Positions 58,779 through 64,000 of a stretch of DNA of 64,000 nt are shown here, piece after piece. Every line of letters starts with the position of its first letter. The first letter of the stretch is position 1. This stretch comes from an uncultured Gemmatimonadaceae bacterium (GTDB taxonomy: Bacteria; Gemmatimonadota; Gemmatimonadetes; Gemmatimonadales; Gemmatimonadaceae). Position numbers and translations under genes: made by a program. The DNA lies in NCBI GenBank assembly GCA_963843845.1, contig CAWJMB010000002.1, forward strand, positions 320,001 to 384,000, given 5' to 3'. The notes beneath the pieces are model-generated. The model was not told the origin of the DNA. It did no database searches and was given only the letters and a program-made list of their open reading frames with translations.

Positions 58779-59444
58779 ATGATGGATGCGCGCGCGACGG
58801 CGATCGTTCTCGCCGCGGGGGTGGTCGCTGCCTCGCTCTCCGGCTGTCGCGGCGAGCGGTCAGCGGCGGACACGGTTGCGACCGTGGGTGCTCCCGCCGT
58901 GCCTCCCGACTCCGCGTCGGCGGGCGCCGCCGCGCCGCTGGACAGCGCGGCGACTGCCCTCCATGGCGCCGCCACCCCGGCGGCCACCGAGTTCCTGCGG
59001 TACGCCGACACCCTCCGGACGACCGGGACGCTCACCGTGCCCGGCGCGCCCGATTCCGCGCTCGCGACGCACGACGTGGCCGCGGAAGCCGTCCATCGTC
59101 TCGCCGCGGCGATCGCCTCGCTCGCGGCCGCCGACACCACGCTGGGCGTCGCAGGCGACCGGCTCGACGCGCTGCGCGCGCGCGCCGACAGTCTGCAGCG
59201 CGGCGCGCCGGAGACCGAGCACGCGCGCCTCGCCAGCGAGGCGTTCGCGCTCGGCGGCGACCTGCTGCTCCGGCTCCCGGAGCGTGGACCCCCCGCGCTC
59301 ACCGACCGGGCGGGCGAGGTGCGGCAGGCGGCCGCCGCGATCCGCACCGACCGGCCGCTCGCCGGGCAGATCGACGCGGTGCGGCGGTTCGTCGAACGAT
59401 GCGCTGCGGCGCTGCGCGGCAAGATCGGCGCGACGACGTCCTGA
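58779..59444 (+). CDS. Hypothetical lipoprotein
   Basis: Lipobox LSGC and an Ala-rich helical body. Confidence 0.65.
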   Translation: MMDARATAIVLAAGVVAASLSGCRGERSAADTVATVGAPAVPPDSASAGAAAPLDSAATALHGAATPAATEFLRYADTLRTTGTLTVPGAPDSALATHDVAAEAVHRLAAAIASLAAADTTLGVAGDRLDALRARADSLQRGAPETEHARLASEAFALGGDLLLRLPERGPPALTDRAGEVRQAAAAIRTDRPLAGQIDAVRRFVERCAAALRGKIGATTS

Positions 59445-59541
59445 CGCCGCGGCGCGCCGCGGCGCGCCCCCCCCGGCGCGCCGTGCCACCCGCGCGTATG
59501 ATACGGGGTATACCTCGCATCTCGATCGAGCCTTCGCCCCG

Positions 59542-60918
59542 ATGTCGACGAACTCCGCCGTCGCGCCGCTCATGGAGCGCGTGCTCGGCCCGTTCCAGCG
59601 CTTCTTCGCCACGGCCGCCGCGGGCGGGATCGTCCTCCTCGCGTGCACCGCCGTGGCGCTCGCGTGGGCCAACTCACCGTGGGCCGAGTCGTACCACCAT
59701 CTGTGGGAGGCGCCCGTCACGATCGGGGCGCCGGGCGTCGGGCGGACGATGTCGCTCCACCACTGGGTGAACGACGGCCTCATGGCCGTGTTCTTCTTCC
59801 TCGTGGGGCTCGAGATCAAGCGAGAGGTGCTCGTCGGCGAGCTCGCCACACGGCGCACCGCGGCGCTCCCCGTCGTCGCGGCGTTGGGCGGGATGGTGGT
59901 GCCGGCGCTGCTCTACGTGGCGGTGAACGCGGGCGGGGCGGGCGCGACGGGGTGGGGGATCCCGATGGCGACCGACATCGCGTTCGCGCTAGGCATCCTC
60001 GCGCTCCTCGGCGACCGCGCGCCGAGCGGGCTGCGGGTGTTCCTCGCTGCGCTCGCGATCGCCGACGATCTCGGCGCGGTGCTCGTGATCGCGCTGTTCT
60101 ACACGAGCGCGATCGACTGGGTGGCCCTCGGCGCTGCGGGGCGCGTGTTCGCGGCGCTGCTCGCGCTCAATCGCGCCGGGGTGCGGCGACCGCTCGCGTA
60201 CGCGCTGCTCGGCGTGGCGATGTGGGCGGGCATGCTCGCGTCGGGCGTGCACGCGACCATCGCCGGGGTGCTGCTGGCGCTCGCGGTGCCGGCACGGACG
60301 CGCATCAGCGAGGAGGAGTTCCTGGCGCGCGCCGAGCGGAGCCTGGCTGCCTTCCGGGCCGCCGACGAGCCGGGAAGGAGCGTGCTCACCAACCGCGGGC
60401 ACCAGGAGGCGCTGCAGGCCATCGAGGACGCGGCCGACGCGGCGCAGGCGCCGCTCCAGCGGATGGAGCACGCGCTGCACGGCTTCGTCGCGTTCCTCGT
60501 CATGCCCATCTTCGCGCTCGCCAACGCCGGCGTGCCGCTCGCGGGCGGTGTCGGCGAGGCGCTCCGGAGCCCCGTGTCGCTCGGCGTCGCGCTCGGTCTC
60601 GTGATCGGCAAGCCGTTCGGCATCACCGTCGCGAGCTGGCTCGCCGTGCGCGCGGGCGCCGCGGACCTTCCGGCGGGCGTGGGGTGGCGCCACATCCACG
60701 CGGCCGGCTGGCTCGGCGGGATCGGGTTCACGATGTCGCTCTTCGTCGCGGGGCTCGCGTTCGTGAACCCGGCCGTCCTCGACACGGCGAAGCTCGGCGT
60801 GCTCGGGGCGTCCACGATCGCCGGGCTGGTCGGCTACACGCTGCTGCGCGGAGGGGCGCGCGCGGCCTCGACGCAGGCCCGCCGGGTCGTGCCGACGAGC
60901 GCGCGCGCCACTCCGTGA
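59542..60918 (+). CDS. nhaA: Na+/H+ antiporter NhaA
   Basis: WVNDGLMAVFFFLVGLEIKRE, ATDIAF, LAIADDLG, FALANAGV, GIGFTMSLF. Confidence 0.95.
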   Translation: MSTNSAVAPLMERVLGPFQRFFATAAAGGIVLLACTAVALAWANSPWAESYHHLWEAPVTIGAPGVGRTMSLHHWVNDGLMAVFFFLVGLEIKREVLVGELATRRTAALPVVAALGGMVVPALLYVAVNAGGAGATGWGIPMATDIAFALGILALLGDRAPSGLRVFLAALAIADDLGAVLVIALFYTSAIDWVALGAAGRVFAALLALNRAGVRRPLAYALLGVAMWAGMLASGVHATIAGVLLALAVPARTRISEEEFLARAERSLAAFRAADEPGRSVLTNRGHQEALQAIEDAADAAQAPLQRMEHALHGFVAFLVMPIFALANAGVPLAGGVGEALRSPVSLGVALGLVIGKPFGITVASWLAVRAGAADLPAGVGWRHIHAAGWLGGIGFTMSLFVAGLAFVNPAVLDTAKLGVLGASTIAGLVGYTLLRGGARAASTQARRVVPTSARATP

Positions 60919-61021
60919 GCCGGATCGCACGGTCGCCACGCCACGGATCACGCCACGGATCACGCCGCGAGCACGGTCGGCGGCGCGTCGAGCGCCCGCA
61001 CCGCCCGCGCCCGCGACTCGC

Positions 61022-62758
61022 TCACGCGCCCGCAGACCGGGCCGGCGCCGCGAACCACCGCTCGCGTGGCACGACCGCGGGCGCGGGCGGGTCCGCCACA
61101 TAGTGTGGTGAGAGAATCGGCACGCCGTGCTCGTTGAACACGTCCACGACGTGCCCGTGCAGCGCCGAGAGGACCGGGATGCGCCGGTGTGCCTCGGCGA
61201 GGTGCGCGTTGAGCTGGTACTCGACGTAGAAGTCCGACAGCCCGGTCTTGAGCACGAACGCTGGCGGGTCGGCGAGCAGCCCGTCCGTGCGGTGCGCGGC
61301 GAGCCGCAGCATCGCCTCCACCTGCCGCCAGGGCACGTCGTAGCCGATCGTCACCGCCGTGTGGACGATCACCCCCTCCCCCTCGGCCGAGAGCCGCGAG
61401 AAGTTCTTCACGCTCGCCCCGACGACGACGGCGTTGGGCAGCGTGACCTCCTCCCGCTTGGTCGTGCGCACCTTGGTCGAGAGCATGCCGAGCGCGGTCA
61501 CCGTACCCTCGATCTCGCCGACCCGCACGTAGTCGCCGGGCTTGAGCGCGCGCGAGTACATGAGCACCAGCCCGCTCATCGCCTGGTTCATCACGCCCGA
61601 GCTGCCGAGCGACAGCACGAGACCGGCGAACACGCTCACGCCCTTGAACACGTCGCTCCCGCTCCCCGGCACGTAGGGGTACGCGAGGACGATGGCGAAC
61701 AGCCAGAGCAGCGCGACGGCGATGCGCTTGGTCGCGTTGGCGGTCTCGGGGTGCACCCACTCCTGGCGCACGCTCCCGGACTCGACCGCGTCGAAGAAGG
61801 TGCCGACGAGGCGCGCGACCCACCGCGTCACGACGAGGATGAGCACCACGCTGAACAGCCCTGGCACGCCCGACAGCGCCGTGAGCCCGAGCTCGCCGAT
61901 CGTGGCGCGGAGGTACGCGCCGAGCGCTTCTCCCCATGGCCGGCTGTAGGCGAAGCGCGTCAGCACGAACGCGAGCCAGAGGTACGCCGCGAACAGACCG
62001 GCAGCCCACGCCGCGAGGTCCACCAGTCGCCGCGCGAGGGCGACGAGCTGGTCGGCGCTCAGGAGCGTGAATCCCCCGATGGCCACCGATGGGAGCCGCG
62101 CCGGCGCCGAATCGCCCGTGCCCTGCCCCACAGGCATGTGCGCGAGCGCCCACCGGCGTGCGCCGCGCAGCAGCCGGAGGCACACCACGAAGCCGAGCGT
62201 CGCGACGACCGCCAGCCCCGCCGCCGTCAGCAGGTGCGCGAGGCTGCGCTCCTCGCGCTCGGCGCGAAGCACGTCCTGCAGCGCCGCCGTCGACCGCGCC
62301 GCGGCAGCGGCAGTCGTCTGGCCGGCGAGCGTGTCGAGGTCGGCCGGCAGGAGCGTGAGCACACCGCGCCCGCCCACCTCGAGCACGAGCCCCGCCGGCG
62401 TCGAGCGCGCAGCGACGGCGGCGATGACGGCGGCCGCGGAGTCGGCCGGCGCGTCGGCGAGCGTCTCCGCGAGCGTCGCGATCCGCCGCGCGGCCGCCTC
62501 CGCGCGCTCCGCGGGCGTCTGCACGCCGAGCGGCGCGCGGAGCACGGCCACCACGCGGTTGCCGACGACGACCAGTGCCGTGTCCGGCCGCGCGGCCACC
62601 CGTGCCGACTCGGCAGGCGGCAGCTGGGGAGCGCGTGGGGAGGGCGCAGGCTGCGCGACGAGTGGCAGCGGCGCGGCGACGACCGTCAGGCGGGCCCAGC
62701 GGCGGGCGCGGACCGCGACGGTCGTCGACGTCGGGCGAGGGGGGGAGGCGGTGTCCAT
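61022..62758 (-). CDS. MscS-family mechanosensitive channel with periplasmic N-terminal domain
   Basis: SLGSSG, LMYSRALKPGDYV, EEVTLPN, TIGYDVPWRQV, VFNEHGVPILSPHY. Confidence 0.88.
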   Translation of the reverse strand: MDTASPPRPTSTTVAVRARRWARLTVVAAPLPLVAQPAPSPRAPQLPPAESARVAARPDTALVVVGNRVVAVLRAPLGVQTPAERAEAAARRIATLAETLADAPADSAAAVIAAVAARSTPAGLVLEVGGRGVLTLLPADLDTLAGQTTAAAAARSTAALQDVLRAEREERSLAHLLTAAGLAVVATLGFVVCLRLLRGARRWALAHMPVGQGTGDSAPARLPSVAIGGFTLLSADQLVALARRLVDLAAWAAGLFAAYLWLAFVLTRFAYSRPWGEALGAYLRATIGELGLTALSGVPGLFSVVLILVVTRWVARLVGTFFDAVESGSVRQEWVHPETANATKRIAVALLWLFAIVLAYPYVPGSGSDVFKGVSVFAGLVLSLGSSGVMNQAMSGLVLMYSRALKPGDYVRVGEIEGTVTALGMLSTKVRTTKREEVTLPNAVVVGASVKNFSRLSAEGEGVIVHTAVTIGYDVPWRQVEAMLRLAAHRTDGLLADPPAFVLKTGLSDFYVEYQLNAHLAEAHRRIPVLSALHGHVVDVFNEHGVPILSPHYVADPPAPAVVPRERWFAAPARSAGA

Positions 62759-62940
62759 GGGCGCCATCATAGCAGCATCGTCGACGTATGGCCGGCGCCG
62801 GGAGGGATGGTCGGCGGCGCGCGACGCCCGCGCGCCATGGTGTCGGTTCTCGTCGAGGACGACGTACGCCGAGGGGCCCGGGGCCGTGTCGCGCTCGGGC
62901 ACGCGCTGCGCGAGCGCGAGCGTCGCGACGCGCCGCGAGG

Positions 62941-64000
62941 TCACAGAATCGGTGCGACGAGTCGGGCGAGCGACTCGCGCACACGGTCGGAGCGTGGGCG
63001 GCGACGCACGGCGTCGAGCTGCACCTCGGTCGCGTACGCGAGGTCGTCGACGAACAGCCGCTCCAGCCGGGCGCCGAACGTCGCGCTCCGCACGACGACG
63101 GCGACCTCGTCGTTCAGCATCATGGAGCGGTTGTCGAAGTTGACCGACCCGACGCACGACCAGACGCCGTCGGCGACGAGCGTCTTGGCGTGCATCATGG
63201 TCGGCTCGTACTCGTAGAGCCGGACGCCGCCGGCGAGCAGCGCTTCGTAATGCGATCGCGCCGCGTGGTAGGCCGACGGACGATCGGTGTTTCGCCCCGG
63301 CGTGAGCACGCGCACGTCGACCCCCGCCGCTGCCGCCTCGCAGAGCAGCCGACGCAGGTTCCGGCTCGGGACGAAGTAGGCGTTCGCGATGTAGAGCCGC
63401 TCGCGCGCGGCGGCGATGGAGAGGAAGAGCATCCGTTCGGCGTTCGTGCTCCCGAGCGACGGCGCGGCGTAGAGCACGCCGGCCTCGACATCGTCGCGGC
63501 CTGCCGCGTCGTCGTCGCCGCGGGCCGCGTCGGCGTCGGGCTCGAGCGAGAACAGCCCGTCGCCCACGAGCAGCTCGCCCGTCGCCTCGGCCCACGCCCC
63601 GGCGAACGCCGCCTGCAACTGGTCGACGACCGGCCCTTCCGCGCGGACGTTCGTGTCGCGCCACTCGCCAGGGCGTCGGCCACCGCCCCGCCAGCGGTCG
63701 TCGATGCCGAATCCGCCCGTGAAGCCGACCTGTCCGTCGACCACGACCGCCCGTGTGTGGGCTCGCTGCTGGACCTTCCAGAGCGTGTTCCAGCGGAGCG
63801 GCCGGAACACGGCTACCTCGACGCCGGCCGCGCGCAGCCGCGCGACGTACGCCTCGCCCAGCCCGCGCGCGCCGAACGCGTCGAGCAGGACGAACACGCG
63901 CACCCCCGCGCGAGCCCGATCGGCCAACGCGTCGGCGACGGCGTCGGCGAGCGCGCCAGGGCGGAACCAGAACACCTGCCACGTCACGAGTTCGCGCGCC
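62941..64000 (-). CDS. Cardiolipin synthase-like phospholipase D, 5'-truncated by window edge
   Basis: HTRAVVVD and HAKTLVAD motifs, WRDTN, GSVNFDNRS. Confidence 0.85.
   Translation of the reverse strand, partial: ARELVTWQVFWFRPGALADAVADALADRARAGVRVFVLLDAFGARGLGEAYVARLRAAGVEVAVFRPLRWNTLWKVQQRAHTRAVVVDGQVGFTGGFGIDDRWRGGGRRPGEWRDTNVRAEGPVVDQLQAAFAGAWAEATGELLVGDGLFSLEPDADAARGDDDAAGRDDVEAGVLYAAPSLGSTNAERMLFLSIAAARERLYIANAYFVPSRNLRRLLCEAAAAGVDVRVLTPGRNTDRPSAYHAARSHYEALLAGGVRLYEYEPTMMHAKTLVADGVWSCVGSVNFDNRSMMLNDEVAVVVRSATFGARLERLFVDDLAYATEVQLDAVRRRPRSDRVRESLARLVAPIL

Noticed and set aside
288..63683. Numerous long Arg/Ala/Pro-rich overlapping ORFs
   Set aside because: They are shadow frames of very GC-rich coding DNA with no recognisable motifs.
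1..64000. tRNA, rRNA, intact transposase or prophage genes
   Set aside because: None were recognised by eye. tRNAscan-SE and Infernal would be needed to exclude small RNAs.

Overview
Very GC-rich bacterial DNA. Gene content and codon style suggest Gemmatimonadota (Gemmatirosa-like), which is an inference. The centrepiece (~15.2-41.2 kb, mostly minus strand) is an unusual RiPP locus. It holds ten double-glycine precursor genes in at least three core classes: three hydrophobic Ser/Thr-rich NHLP precursors, one His/Trp NHLP, five short-leader peptides, and one 31-aa peptide missing from the ORF track. Alongside them are a LanM whose cyclase has lost Zn ligands, a LanJ(A)-like Zn-dehydrogenase, a possible ABBA-type prenyltransferase, a HExxH protein, a full NHLP type-I export set, a receiver-less sigma54 activator with three matching -24/-12 promoters, and a LytTR pair with a duplicated kinase. 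Flanking content: tldD/pmbA-like gene, resolvase remnant plus HEPN-MNT module, CruR-like uORF/TonB receptor/TlpA/sialidase-fold copper operon, PEP-CTERM gene, amidase, papain-hydrolase fusion, alpha-2-macroglobulin and pbpC split by ku-ligD, and an ion-homeostasis cluster. Many genes carry single-base frameshifts, probably assembly errors. All family calls come from motif recognition by eye; no searches were run.
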